DNA from: Hyphomicrobiales bacterium | GTDB lineage: Bacteria; Pseudomonadota; Alphaproteobacteria; Rhizobiales; JACESI01 | Direction of reading: 5' to 3' | Assembly: GCA_039973685.1 (NCBI GenBank) | Contig: JBDWKL010000021.1 | Coordinates: 6,004-70,003, forward strand | DNA: 64,000 nt | Part shown: in pieces, positions 39,295 through 49,435 of the stretch | How positions within the stretch are numbered: position 1 is the stretch's first letter | How the letters are laid out: each line of letters opens with the position of its first letter | The notes under the pieces: model-generated | Told to the model about the DNA's origin: nothing | The model's database searches: none | Seen by the model: only the letters and a program-made list of their open reading frames with translations | Program-made: the position numbers and the translations under genes

Positions 39295-39470
39295 ACCGTT
39301 TAGACCCAGTCTCAATTTTAAAATTCAAAAACCAAATATCTACGTGATAAGCAATACAAATCCATGTGATTCGTTTCTTTGTAGCCTATTGTGGTTTTTA
39401 TGCTTCAGTTTCCGTGTTGTATTTCAAAAGATTCACAGTTTTCGGACTAAATCCCACCAATACTGCAAAC

Positions 39471-40985
39471 TTAAGCCGCACTCACTTCTACATCGATGTC
39501 GTATTCCTTGATTTTGCGATAGAGCGTTGAACGCCCAATTCCAAGTCTGCGCGCGACTTCAGACATTTGCCCGCCATAGTGTCTGACCGCTGTCTCAATA
39601 ATTTCAGCTTCCAACTCATCAAGTGGACGCACATTATCGGTCACATCCATCAAATGCATCGCAGCATCTTGCTCGTCTTCAACGCTGCTAAAAAGACCTT
39701 CATGCCCTCCGATCATGTTTGGATCATCAAGAACATGTAAGTCAGACATCAATGAGGGTTGTGGCATTGTCGGCAATGCTGGCGGCATGGCTCGATCTGC
39801 ATTGCCATCAACAACGGTCGCAATTTGCGGAAATTCTGCGGGTGTTAGCTCTGCACTATCACATAGCACCACAGCGCGAAAAACGGCATTTTCCAATTGT
39901 CTAATATTGCCAGGCCAAGAATAAGCCATCAACATTTCAATCGCATGTTTCGTCAAGCCACGAATATGCCGCCGACCTTCTTCCACCGCAAACCTTGTGG
40001 TGAAATGGCGAGCAAGTTCTGGAATATCTTCGGTATGCTCACGTAAAGGTGGAATGGTGATTGGAAACACGTTCAAGCGATAATATAGATCTTCGCGGAA
40101 AGCGCCTTCTTTCACCATATCAAGCAGACTGCGATTGGTGGCTGAAATAATCCGAATATCAACCTTCACTGGCGCTCTCGCACCAACAGGATCAACTTCA
40201 CCTTCTTGCAAAGCACGCAGCAACTTCACCTGAACATCAAGTGGCAATTCTCCGACTTCATCAAGGAATAGAGTACCGCCATCCGCTTCTTGAAATTTAC
40301 CGATCTGCTTTTCAACAGCCCCCGTAAACGCCCCTTTTTCATGGCCAAAAAGAATGGACTCAACCAAATTTTCAGGAATGGCACCACAGTTGACTGTGAC
40401 AAATGGTTTGGTTTGACGGTTGGATGACCCTTGGATCGCCCGCGCCATCATCTCTTTACCGACGCCAGATTCACCTTCCAGCAGGATCGGAATATTGGAA
40501 GCCGCCGCACGTTCTCCAAGGTCAATCACCCGATGCATACGCGGGCTGGAGGTGATCATATCTTTAAAGGTCAACTGACCAGAAACCGTACGCTTAGCAC
40601 GTTGCAACTCAGTTTCTAACGTGTTGATCTTCAGGGCATTTTGGATGGAGACATTAAGACGTTCAGGCGAAAACGGTTTGACCACAAAATCATGGGCACC
40701 CGCTCGCATGGCGCTCACCACCGTATCAATACCACCTTGCGAGGTTTGCACGATGACAGGGACAAGGCTGCCAGTTTTGCGCATACGCTCCAAAACGGCC
40801 ATGCCATCAAGGTCCGGCATGACAAGGTCAAGCACCACCACATCCACATCATGTTCTTCAAGCATAGACAACGCTTCTTCCCCGCCACTTGCGGAGATCA
40901 CGTCACATCCAAACTTTGTTAAAACACCATCGAGCAAACGTAGTTGTACCGGATCATCATCAACGATCAGAATTTTCGTTTTCAT
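39471..40985 (-). CDS. sigma54-dependent response regulator (NtrC family, TacA-like orphan)
   Basis: REC domain (ILIVDDD, VVVLDLVMPDLDG, KPF), AAA+ Walker A GESGVGKE, intact GAFTGA loop, C-terminal Fis-type HTH RRLGIGRSTLYRKIKEYDI. No adjacent kinase gene. Confidence 0.9.
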   Translation of the reverse strand: MKTKILIVDDDPVQLRLLDGVLTKFGCDVISASGGEEALSMLEEHDVDVVVLDLVMPDLDGMAVLERMRKTGSLVPVIVQTSQGGIDTVVSAMRAGAHDFVVKPFSPERLNVSIQNALKINTLETELQRAKRTVSGQLTFKDMITSSPRMHRVIDLGERAAASNIPILLEGESGVGKEMMARAIQGSSNRQTKPFVTVNCGAIPENLVESILFGHEKGAFTGAVEKQIGKFQEADGGTLFLDEVGELPLDVQVKLLRALQEGEVDPVGARAPVKVDIRIISATNRSLLDMVKEGAFREDLYYRLNVFPITIPPLREHTEDIPELARHFTTRFAVEEGRRHIRGLTKHAIEMLMAYSWPGNIRQLENAVFRAVVLCDSAELTPAEFPQIATVVDGNADRAMPPALPTMPQPSLMSDLHVLDDPNMIGGHEGLFSSVEDEQDAAMHLMDVTDNVRPLDELEAEIIETAVRHYGGQMSEVARRLGIGRSTLYRKIKEYDIDVEVSAA

Positions 40986-41066
40986 AAAACGCTAAACCTT
41001 AGTCCAAATTCCAAGAAGGAGCATAATGGCTCCTAACAGTTCCTCTTTAAAATGAGGGAGAATCGG

Positions 41067-41081
41067 TTAACGCCCGATTAA
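41067..41081 (-). promoter_or_regulatory. perfect CtrA-type box TTAA-N7-TTAAC upstream of the sigma54 activator
   Basis: Minus strand reads TTAATCGGGCGTTAAC, about 82 nt upstream of ATG 40985. Confidence 0.45.
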
Positions 41082-41231
41082 TATTTACGCTTCATTTCGG
41101 CACAAACGGATTTTTTTCACATTCAGACCGCCCTGATTTGAGGCATAGGGAAAGACAATTGTTAATTTGTCACTTGTGTTTCTAAGCAAGCTCCTTATTG
41201 ATTCAGCTATACGTATTTAGGAGACATTGAA

Positions 41232-43067
41232 GTGCTTTTTTCCCAGCCCCTTCCGACCCACGCTCAAGACGCAGCTGCCTCACAAGACATCAATTTGGGT
41301 AATTTGCCAGAATGGGACCTCACGGATCTTTATCCTGCAATCGACAGCCCTGAGTTAAAAAGGGATTTGGAATTATCGAATAAAGAGGCTGAAGAATTTG
41401 CAAGCGCCTATCGCGGAAAGCTTGAAGAGTTTGCCAAGAATTCTCCTGACGCTCTCTTCACCGCGATCAAACAATTCGAAGCCATGCAAGACCGCCTTGG
41501 CCGCATTGGTTCATTTGCGGGTCTTTCTTATGCAAGTAACACCACTGATCCTGTTCGCGCCAAATTCTACGGCGACATGAATGAGCAGATTACAGCGATT
41601 AGCTCAAATCTTTTGTTTTTCGGCCTTGAACTAAACACCATCGAAGATGAAGCAATTGAGGCAGCCCTTTCCCATGAAGGACTTGCCTACTATCGCCCGT
41701 GGTTTGAAGATTTGCGCCTTGATAAGCCTTATCAATTGGATGAGAAAACCGAAGAATTATTCCACGAAAAATCTGTCACAGGTCGCGGCGCTTTTAATCG
41801 ATTGTTTGATGAAACAATGGCCGGTCTGCGTTTTGACGTTGATGGCAAAACGCTCGCGATTGAACAAACGCTCAATCTTTTGGTGAGTGATGATAGTGCC
41901 ACGCGCAAGCAAGCCTCTGATGCACTTGCGAAAGTGTTTGGCGAAAACCTGCGGCTCTTCACGCTGATCACCAACACGCTTGCAAAAGACAAAGAGATTT
42001 CAGATCGCTGGCGTGGCTATGAAGATGTTGCAGACAGTCGCCACCTTGCAAACCGTGTAGAACGGGATGTTGTTGATGCGTTGGAAAAAGCCGTGAGCGA
42101 TGCCTATCCGCGCCTTTCTCACCGTTATTACAAACTCAAAGCAAAATGGCTCGGCCAAGAGACCTTGAACCATTGGGACCGCAACGCGCCGCTACCGCGC
42201 AAAGACACCAAACCGATCTCATGGGAAAGTGCACAGGAAACCATCCTGTCAGCCTATGGCGCGTTCTCTCCAGAGATGCGCGACATTGCGGCGGACTTTT
42301 TCAACAAGGGCTGGATTGATGCACCCGTGCGTGAAGGCAAAGCGCCCGGCGCTTTCTCACACCCAACAGTACCAAGCGCTCACCCTTATGTTTTGATGAA
42401 TTATCAAGGCAAAATTCGTGATGTGATGACGCTTGCCCATGAACTCGGCCACGGCGTGCACCAAGTACTTGCAGGCCCACAAGGTGCTTTGATGGCACCG
42501 ACCCCCTTAACACTTGCAGAGACAGCCAGTGTTTTCGGCGAGATGCTCACCTTCCGCTCAATTTTGGATAAAATCGAAGACAAGCAAGAGCGCAAAATCA
42601 TGCTCGCCTCAAAGGTCGAGGACATGCTCAACACGGTGGTACGCCAAATTGCGTTTTACACCTTTGAGCGACGCATCCACATAGCCCGCCGCGAAGGCGA
42701 ACTAACATCAGAGCAAATCGGTGACATTTGGATGGGTGTTCAAAAAGAAAGCTTGGGCCCAGCCATTGTTTGCGGCGAAGGATACGAAACGTTCTGGACT
42801 TATATTCCGCACTTCATCCACTCACCGTTTTACGTCTATGCCTATGCATTCGGTGATTGCCTCGTAAACTCACTTTATGCCGTTTACGAAGGTGCGGAAG
42901 AGGGTTTTCAAGAAAAGTATTTCGACCTTCTAAAAGCGGGCGGCACGAAACACCATTCAGACCTACTCGCCCCCTTCGGCCTTAATGCTGCAGATCCCGC
43001 TTTTTGGCAAAAAGGTCTGTCTTTGATTGAAGGCTTTATTGATCAGTTGGAAGCAATGGACACTTAG
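41232..43067 (+). CDS. pepF: oligoendopeptidase F (peptidase M3B)
   Basis: 611 aa; zinc site HELGHGVH. GTG start with AGGAGA 8 nt upstream. Confidence 0.9.
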   Translation: MLFSQPLPTHAQDAAASQDINLGNLPEWDLTDLYPAIDSPELKRDLELSNKEAEEFASAYRGKLEEFAKNSPDALFTAIKQFEAMQDRLGRIGSFAGLSYASNTTDPVRAKFYGDMNEQITAISSNLLFFGLELNTIEDEAIEAALSHEGLAYYRPWFEDLRLDKPYQLDEKTEELFHEKSVTGRGAFNRLFDETMAGLRFDVDGKTLAIEQTLNLLVSDDSATRKQASDALAKVFGENLRLFTLITNTLAKDKEISDRWRGYEDVADSRHLANRVERDVVDALEKAVSDAYPRLSHRYYKLKAKWLGQETLNHWDRNAPLPRKDTKPISWESAQETILSAYGAFSPEMRDIAADFFNKGWIDAPVREGKAPGAFSHPTVPSAHPYVLMNYQGKIRDVMTLAHELGHGVHQVLAGPQGALMAPTPLTLAETASVFGEMLTFRSILDKIEDKQERKIMLASKVEDMLNTVVRQIAFYTFERRIHIARREGELTSEQIGDIWMGVQKESLGPAIVCGEGYETFWTYIPHFIHSPFYVYAYAFGDCLVNSLYAVYEGAEEGFQEKYFDLLKAGGTKHHSDLLAPFGLNAADPAFWQKGLSLIEGFIDQLEAMDT

Positions 43068-43077
43068 GGTGCAAGCC

Positions 43078-43410
43078 CTAAGCCGCATCAGCTAGAAAAC
43101 TGCCGGTTTCCATACGCACTTGTTTGCGATCTAAGGCCTCGCCATATCCTGCATTTGCAGCAAGTGTTTGGGCAGCATTAAGACCGTTGATCACATTGTC
43201 ATCTTCACGAGAGACGATGATTTGGGCAAGGATAGCGCTTTGTCCGGCGAAATTATTGGTGCCGGCAAAATAATTGGCAGGCTTGTGGGATGTGGCGCGT
43301 TGTTGGCGCTCTTCAAAAGAACCATCATCATTCGCTGCATTTTTGATGAACTCAACAGATTGAACCTGTTTCGTTTCATAATGGTTGTGCCGTTTTGATA
43401 CAATTCTCAT
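43078..43410 (-). CDS. hypothetical protein
   Basis: 110-aa ORF with an AAGGTAG-like RBS about 10 nt upstream. No motif I can place. It sits directly downstream of phaR on the same strand. Confidence 0.35.
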   Translation of the reverse strand: MRIVSKRHNHYETKQVQSVEFIKNAANDDGSFEERQQRATSHKPANYFAGTNNFAGQSAILAQIIVSREDDNVINGLNAAQTLAANAGYGEALDRKQVRMETGSFLADAA

Positions 43411-43536
43411 CGTTCAAAGCTACCTTTGCGTCAAAGCGAAACAAAATCCCCAGTTTCGCAGCGTCCCACTTAGGTAGTAGCAAAGGGTGGGCCAATTAAG
43501 GGCGGCCCGATCAATTATGTGTCAGTCCCTCGTAAA

Positions 43537-44115
43537 TTACTTCTCAGACATCGACTTAATTGTCGCCTGCATTTCAGCAAGTTGTGCCTTCATCGCTTCT
43601 AACTCATCTGAATCTTTTGGTTCTTCAGAACCGCTTGGTGGTGTCGCCTCATCAGCCGCACCTGAAGCAAATGGCATAAACATACGCATCGCGTTTTGAA
43701 AAATCTCTGTGTTCTTGCGGGTTTGCTCGGCCATCATGTCCACAGCATTCGAGGGATCAAAACCTGCGCCCATTTGTTCTTGGAAACTCTCGCGCTGTTC
43801 GCGAAAGGAGTCCATTGAATGCTCAAGATAGCTTGGAACAATCGACTGTACGCTGTCCCCGTAAAATTGGATGAGGTTACGAAGAAAAGCCACCGGCAAA
43901 AGCGTTTGGCCTTTTGCTTCTTGTTCAAAGATAATTTGTGTCAGCACAGAGCGCGTAATATCGTCGCCACTTTTGGCGTCAATTACGACAAAATCATCCT
44001 CAGCCTTCACCATCACGGCGAGGTCTTCGAGTGTTACATAAGTGCTTGTACCAGTGTTGTATAATCGCCGGTTCGCATATTTCTTGATGACGATGCTATC
44101 TTCTGATTTTGCCAC
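43537..44115 (-). CDS. phaR: polyhydroxyalkanoate synthesis repressor
   Basis: IKKYANRRLYNTGTSTYVTLEDLAVMV N-terminal PhaR signature. GTG 44115 has GGAGAG 6 nt upstream (the tracked ORF starts at TTG 44133). Confidence 0.85.
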   Translation of the reverse strand: MAKSEDSIVIKKYANRRLYNTGTSTYVTLEDLAVMVKAEDDFVVIDAKSGDDITRSVLTQIIFEQEAKGQTLLPVAFLRNLIQFYGDSVQSIVPSYLEHSMDSFREQRESFQEQMGAGFDPSNAVDMMAEQTRKNTEIFQNAMRMFMPFASGAADEATPPSGSEEPKDSDELEAMKAQLAEMQATIKSMSEK

Positions 44116-44295
44116 GTTACTCTCCAACCACAACTGTATCTCATATCTACCATAACTGTGTTGTCGCAGAGCACAATGAGATAAGCGCGATTCTTGATGA
44201 ATTCATCTTGATCACAAATGTTTTTTTGCAAAAATTGCCACTAAACCATTTCCAACGTTTACTTTTTAACGTTAACTATAGTATGTGTCCAAAAA

Positions 44296-44310
44296 TGCTG
44301 CACTGCAGCA
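44296..44310. promoter_or_regulatory. candidate PhaR operator palindrome
   Basis: TGCTGCA-C-TGCAGCA contains CTGC-N3-GCAG. It lies 46 nt upstream of the phaA ATG in the phaR-phaA divergent region. Confidence 0.45.
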
Positions 44311-44355
44311 ATTTATTTTTAGTCGATTAAATATACACCCTGAGAGAGGTCTCCC

Positions 44356-45534
44356 ATGAGTTCAAACGACATAGTTATTGTTAGCGCAGGCCGTACGGCT
44401 GTTGGTTCATTCAGTGGATCTTTTGCGGCGACCCCTGCCCACGACCTAGGATCAGCTGTTATCAAAGGCGTTCTTGAAAACGCAAAAGTCGAAGCCGCTG
44501 ATGTCGATGAAGTAATCTTGGGACAAGTGCTAACAGCAGGCCAAGGCCAAAACCCTGCCCGCCAAGCATCTATCAATGCAGGCGTTCCCATTGAAGCAAG
44601 CGCATGGGGCCTCAATCAAGTTTGTGGGTCAGGCCTTCGTGCAGTGGCACTTGGTATGCAGCAAATCGCAAACGGCGATGCAAATGTTGTGATTGCTGGC
44701 GGCCAAGAAAATATGTCGCTCTCCCCTCACGTTCAACACCTTCGTGCTGGCGTAAAAATGGGCGATTACAAAATGATCGACAGCATGATCAAAGATGGCC
44801 TTTGGGATGCTTTTAATGGCTATCATATGGGCACAACGGCTGAAAACGTTGCCAAGGAATTCCAAATCACCCGTGACCAACAAGATGAATTTGCTCTTGC
44901 TTCACAAAACAAAGCAGAAGCAGCGCAAGTTGCAGGCCGCTTTAAAGATGAGATTATTCCTTTTGTGGTCAAAACCCGCAAAGGTGAAACCATTGTTGAT
45001 GCCGACGAATATATCCGTCTAGGCGCAACAATCGATAACATGCAAAAGCTGCGCCCTGCCTTTGATAAAGAAGGCACAGTCACAGCGGGCAACGCATCTG
45101 GCCTTAATGATGGCGCTGCCGCCGTCGTTCTTATGACAGCAGCAGAAGCAGAAAAACGCGGCCTCACTCCATTGGCACGCATTGCATCGTGGTCAACAGC
45201 TGGTGTTGATCCAAGCGTTATGGGCACAGGTCCAATTCCTGCCTCTAAGAAAGCCCTTGATAAAGCAGGATGGTCTGTCGACGATCTTGATCTTATTGAG
45301 GCAAACGAAGCCTTTGCAGCTCAAGCATGTGCCGTCAATAAAGGCCTTGGTTGGGATACAGATAAAGTCAATGTAAATGGCGGTGCGATCGCGATTGGCC
45401 ACCCAATTGGTGCCTCAGGTTGTCGTGTTCTCGTTACCCTACTCCACGAAATGCAGCGTCGCGACGCTAAGAAAGGTCTTGCGACCTTGTGCATTGGCGG
45501 CGGCATGGGTGTTGCGCTGACTGTTGAAAGATAA
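44356..45534 (+). CDS. phaA: acetyl-CoA acetyltransferase (beta-ketothiolase)
   Basis: Active-site [24 protein letters not shown]-terminal CIGGGMGVA; 392 aa. Confidence 0.95.
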   Translation: MSSNDIVIVSAGRTAVGSFSGSFAATPAHDLGSAVIKGVLENAKVEAADVDEVILGQVLTAGQGQNPARQASINAGVPIEASAWGLNQVCGSGLRAVALGMQQIANGDANVVIAGGQENMSLSPHVQHLRAGVKMGDYKMIDSMIKDGLWDAFNGYHMGTTAENVAKEFQITRDQQDEFALASQNKAEAAQVAGRFKDEIIPFVVKTRKGETIVDADEYIRLGATIDNMQKLRPAFDKEGTVTAGNASGLNDGAAAVVLMTAAEAEKRGLTPLARIASWSTAGVDPSVMGTGPIPASKKALDKAGWSVDDLDLIEANEAFAAQACAVNKGLGWDTDKVNVNGGAIAIGHPIGASGCRVLVTLLHEMQRRDAKKGLATLCIGGGMGVALTVER

Positions 45535-45570
45535 TTTTCAAAAAAACCTTCAAAATTCAAGGATTTCATA

Positions 45571-46302
45571 ATGACAAAAGTAGCGTTAGTAACCGGCGGA
45601 TCTCGTGGAATCGGCGCAGCCATTGCGGTTGCGTTGAAAGAAGCTGGTTATTCAGTGGCAGCGAGCTACGCTGGCAATGACGAAAAAGCTGCGGCCTTTA
45701 CCGCTGAAACAGGCATCAAGACATACAAATGGGATGTAGGATCCTATGACGCCTGTAAAGAAGGCATTGCAAGTGTCGAAGCTGACCTCGGCCCAATCGA
45801 CGTTCTCGTCAACAATGCTGGCATCACGCGCGATTCAATGTTCCACCGCATGACGCCAGAACAATGGCAAGAAGTGATCTCAACCAACCTCAATGGTGTG
45901 TTCAACATGACCCACCCGATTTGGCCTGGCATGAGAGAGCGCGGTTTTGGTCGTGTGATCACCATTTCATCAATCAATGGCCAAAAAGGACAAGCTGGAC
46001 AAGCAAACTATGCAGCGTCTAAAGCAGGCGACATTGGCTTGACGAAATCACTCGCACAAGAAGGCGCGTCTAAAGGCATTACTGCAAACGTGATTTGCCC
46101 TGGCTACATCGGCACGGAGATGGTGCGCGCTATCCCAGAAAAAGTGTTGAATGAGAAAATTCTTCCGCATATTCCAGTAGGCCGTTTGGGTGAACCAGAA
46201 GAAATTGCACGCTGCGTGGTATTTCTTGCGTCTGATGATTCTGGATTTATTACCGGCTCTGTACTAACGGCAAATGGCGGCCAATATTTCGCTAATGGCT
46301 AG
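45571..46302 (+). CDS. phaB: acetoacetyl-CoA reductase (SDR)
   Basis: [18 protein letters not shown] and YAASKAG motifs. Follows phaA. Confidence 0.9.
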   Translation: MTKVALVTGGSRGIGAAIAVALKEAGYSVAASYAGNDEKAAAFTAETGIKTYKWDVGSYDACKEGIASVEADLGPIDVLVNNAGITRDSMFHRMTPEQWQEVISTNLNGVFNMTHPIWPGMRERGFGRVITISSINGQKGQAGQANYAASKAGDIGLTKSLAQEGASKGITANVICPGYIGTEMVRAIPEKVLNEKILPHIPVGRLGEPEEIARCVVFLASDDSGFITGSVLTANGGQYFANG

Positions 46303-46346
46303 AAATCAAACATCAAATTGACGAACAATGCCGGCTTAAAACCAGC

Positions 46347-47267
46347 TTACTCAGCGTTTTGAGCCGGCAATTCAATTGTAAAAATTGTCCCAGACAAATC
46401 CTTCTTTATATCCAGATGCCCACCTAGTTTTTGGGCTGTATCAGAGAGCGTATTCACCCCTTCAACATGGGATGAAGCGGTTATATTATCTGGCAATGCG
46501 ACATCAATAATCAGCAAATCTTTCTCACGCCGCATCGAGATTAAAGGTTCCTCATCTTCATCATCGAAGAAAAAATATTGGCTCATGTTCTGGAACACGC
46601 GAACCAATGCCTGCTCTTCCATCTGAGCTCCTTGAAAGGACGCGGAAGAAATACTTGGCGAAGCTTCGTTAGTTGGTTCCGTATAATCGCCAATCAACTC
46701 TTTCAAATCGTTCATGTCTTGGCGTAATGAAACTGGCACATTGTTCACATCACTATCGAGTGTATTCACAAATTCATTCACGACCGCACACAGATCAAAA
46801 AATCGATCTTCACGAACAACAGAGGCTGTTTCCACACGGAGCACAAGTTGGCTGAGCTGTTGCTCAATCAGCAATGCGTGTTCGGCTGTATCTATCGCAG
46901 TCTCAATCGAGGTTGGTGAAAGATCATCTTTTGACAGAAAAGCTTTAGCCCCAGCGGGAAACCCTAAACGACGAACAGATCGACCGGGCATGCCTGAAAA
47001 AAGAATAATCGGCACTGATGCTTTAAGTTGGCGCAGGTTTTTTAAAAAATCCACACTACTGCCTTCGGCCAACGCGAAATCCGAAAACACCATATCCACG
47101 TCTTCATAACCGCAAATCGCGATAGCTTCGTCACCATTTTTGGCAGAAAAAGTATTGAATTCGTAATTTTCAATTTTTGCAAGTTGACGCTCCAACAGAT
47201 GTACATCTGTCTTATCATCATCCAGTATCAGCACATTGAGTTTGCGCGAATCAGTGTCTTTCAACAT
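46347..47267 (-). CDS. response-regulator receiver fused to a degenerate histidine-kinase-like ATPase domain
   Basis: ATG 47267 has AGAGGA 9 nt upstream. REC motifs are intact (LILDDD, MVFSDF, ILFSG, AFLSKD). The C-terminus aligns by eye to HATPase_c, but G1 reads LPDNI and G2 reads GVNTLS. No canonical H-box. Confidence 0.7.
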   Translation of the reverse strand: MLKDTDSRKLNVLILDDDKTDVHLLERQLAKIENYEFNTFSAKNGDEAIAICGYEDVDMVFSDFALAEGSSVDFLKNLRQLKASVPIILFSGMPGRSVRRLGFPAGAKAFLSKDDLSPTSIETAIDTAEHALLIEQQLSQLVLRVETASVVREDRFFDLCAVVNEFVNTLDSDVNNVPVSLRQDMNDLKELIGDYTEPTNEASPSISSASFQGAQMEEQALVRVFQNMSQYFFFDDEDEEPLISMRREKDLLIIDVALPDNITASSHVEGVNTLSDTAQKLGGHLDIKKDLSGTIFTIELPAQNAE

Positions 47268-47419
47268 GTATCGGTCCTCTTGCATGACTCATATAAATAG
47301 CCGCATTATCACCAATTGCAATACAATATAGGCCTAAGATAAAGTACGATAAAAAAATGTGCGAATTATCCCAAATTTCGTGCAAATTCTTACATAAATC
47401 GGCAAAAAGGTGTGCGATT

Positions 47420-49435
47420 ATGAACCGTAACACGGAACATGTTCCTAATGAAAGGGAATGTCAGAACCTCGGTTGGGTAGATACAGGCCAAGACCCCACG
47501 CTCGATCACCTCACGACGCTTGCTTGTTCAATATTTGATATTCCTTTGAGCTTTGTCTCGATAGTGGGCAAGTATCAACCGATGTTTAAATCGCTCAATG
47601 GCATCGACTTATCAAAACAACCAACCAAACATTCATTTTGTTCGCATGCGGACATCGACAGCGACATATATGTTGTTGAAGACGCAACCAAAGACCCGGC
47701 GCATAAAGACAATCCGCAATCTTTTGGCTCGACAAAAATTGTATTTTACGCTGGCTACCCACTGACCTCCCAAAATGGCCTGAAACTCGGCGCATTGTGC
47801 TTAATCGATTCCAAGCCGAGAAAATTCTCAAAAGCTGATGAAGAAAAGCTCGCGAACCTTGGACGGATTTGTCTCGCAACGCTTGAAAACAGTAATTTAC
47901 GCGCTCAAACAGTTGAACATACGAAAACATCGAAACGCCTGCATGACGCAGAAGACCGAACAGCTCATTTGGGCAGTATGATTGAACGGTCAAGCAATGA
48001 GTTTTACGTTATCGACGGGGCGACATTGAAATTTAAATACGCCAATCAACGCGCGCTCAATAATCTTGGATATAACCATGATGAATTGTTGCAGAAGACC
48101 CCCCTCGATATAAAGGGCGATATGACATTAAAAGAATTCGCGCCACTTTTAAAAAAGCTTCGTTCAGGCAAGGAAACACAGGTGCTATATGATGCGCTTC
48201 ACGAACGAAAAAATGGAGAACTCTATCCAGTCGACATACGTCTTGAACGAGACTTCATAAGGACAGAAGAAGTATTCATTGCAATCGGCATGGATGTTAC
48301 GGAGAAAAAGCAGCAAGAAGAAGAAGTTAAGAAACTTTCTGATTTAAACCAAGCTATCTTTGATTCATCTGAAACCGGCATTTTGAGTATGCAGGCAATT
48401 TATGACGCGACAGGGGAGATCTTCGATTTTCAGTTTGTTGCGGCTAATCTGACTGTTGAGAGAATTCTGGGTAAATCTACAGAATCTCTCATTGGCAAAA
48501 CAATCCGTGAGGATTTCCCACAGCGAATAGAGCAAGGAATTTTCGAGAAATATAAGCAAGTTGTAAAAACAGGTGAACCGATTGTTTTTGAAACTTATTT
48601 GCAGGAGACTAATTTTCACGGATGGCATCGAGTTTCTGCCGTGCCAACGGGCAACGATGCCGTAACCATCTCTTTCATCTCAATCAATAAAATCAAATCG
48701 ACCGAAATTCAGCTTCAAAAGACCAATTCTGAATTGCGCCAATCAAATGACCTCCTAAACCAATTCAATTCTATCGTTGCTCATGACCTCAAAAGGCCCC
48801 TGCGACACATGAATTTATTTGCCGAACTACTATTGGAAGACATCGACAACCCTGAAAAAACAGCAGAAGCAGCTCATAAAATCCTAAGTAGCGCGCAACA
48901 AGCGCAACACATGGTGCGAGCCCTCACCGAATTTGCAAGTGTGGGACGCCACAGCTTGATTTTTAAGACTGTTTCAATCAGCAAAACGATCAAAACAGTC
49001 AAAGCCGAGCTCAAAGATAAACTTGATCTTTCAGGCACCCTCTTTCCTGTTGGTGATTTACCTTCAGTGAAAGGAGATGAAAGCCTAATCATTCAGCTCT
49101 TCACCAATCTCGTTGAAAATTCAATCAAATATCGATCAAACACGCCCCCTCTCCTTAATCTGAGCTATCGTGAAGACGTAGCGATCATTTACTTCCAACT
49201 GTCCGACAATGGTATTGGTATTCCTCCAAATCAAGCAACAAATGTCTTTCGCATGTTCCAACGGCTACCTGGTGGGTTACATCAAAAAGGTGACGGCGTC
49301 GGGCTTGCAATTTGCCAGCGCATTATTCAGGCACACGGCGGCAAAATTTGGGTTGATACAGATTATTCAGAAGGAACCAGCATCCATTTCAGCTTACCAA
49401 AAGTAATCCCAAATGATGAAATTTTAGAAGCATGA
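47420..49435 (+). CDS. GAF-PAS-PAS sensor histidine kinase
   Basis: GAF-like N-terminus, two PAS-like segments, H-box VAHDLKRPLRH, N-box NLVENSIKY, G1 DNGIGIP, G2 GDGVGLAICQ. Confidence 0.85.
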   Translation: MNRNTEHVPNERECQNLGWVDTGQDPTLDHLTTLACSIFDIPLSFVSIVGKYQPMFKSLNGIDLSKQPTKHSFCSHADIDSDIYVVEDATKDPAHKDNPQSFGSTKIVFYAGYPLTSQNGLKLGALCLIDSKPRKFSKADEEKLANLGRICLATLENSNLRAQTVEHTKTSKRLHDAEDRTAHLGSMIERSSNEFYVIDGATLKFKYANQRALNNLGYNHDELLQKTPLDIKGDMTLKEFAPLLKKLRSGKETQVLYDALHERKNGELYPVDIRLERDFIRTEEVFIAIGMDVTEKKQQEEEVKKLSDLNQAIFDSSETGILSMQAIYDATGEIFDFQFVAANLTVERILGKSTESLIGKTIREDFPQRIEQGIFEKYKQVVKTGEPIVFETYLQETNFHGWHRVSAVPTGNDAVTISFISINKIKSTEIQLQKTNSELRQSNDLLNQFNSIVAHDLKRPLRHMNLFAELLLEDIDNPEKTAEAAHKILSSAQQAQHMVRALTEFASVGRHSLIFKTVSISKTIKTVKAELKDKLDLSGTLFPVGDLPSVKGDESLIIQLFTNLVENSIKYRSNTPPLLNLSYREDVAIIYFQLSDNGIGIPPNQATNVFRMFQRLPGGLHQKGDGVGLAICQRIIQAHGGKIWVDTDYSEGTSIHFSLPKVIPNDEILEA

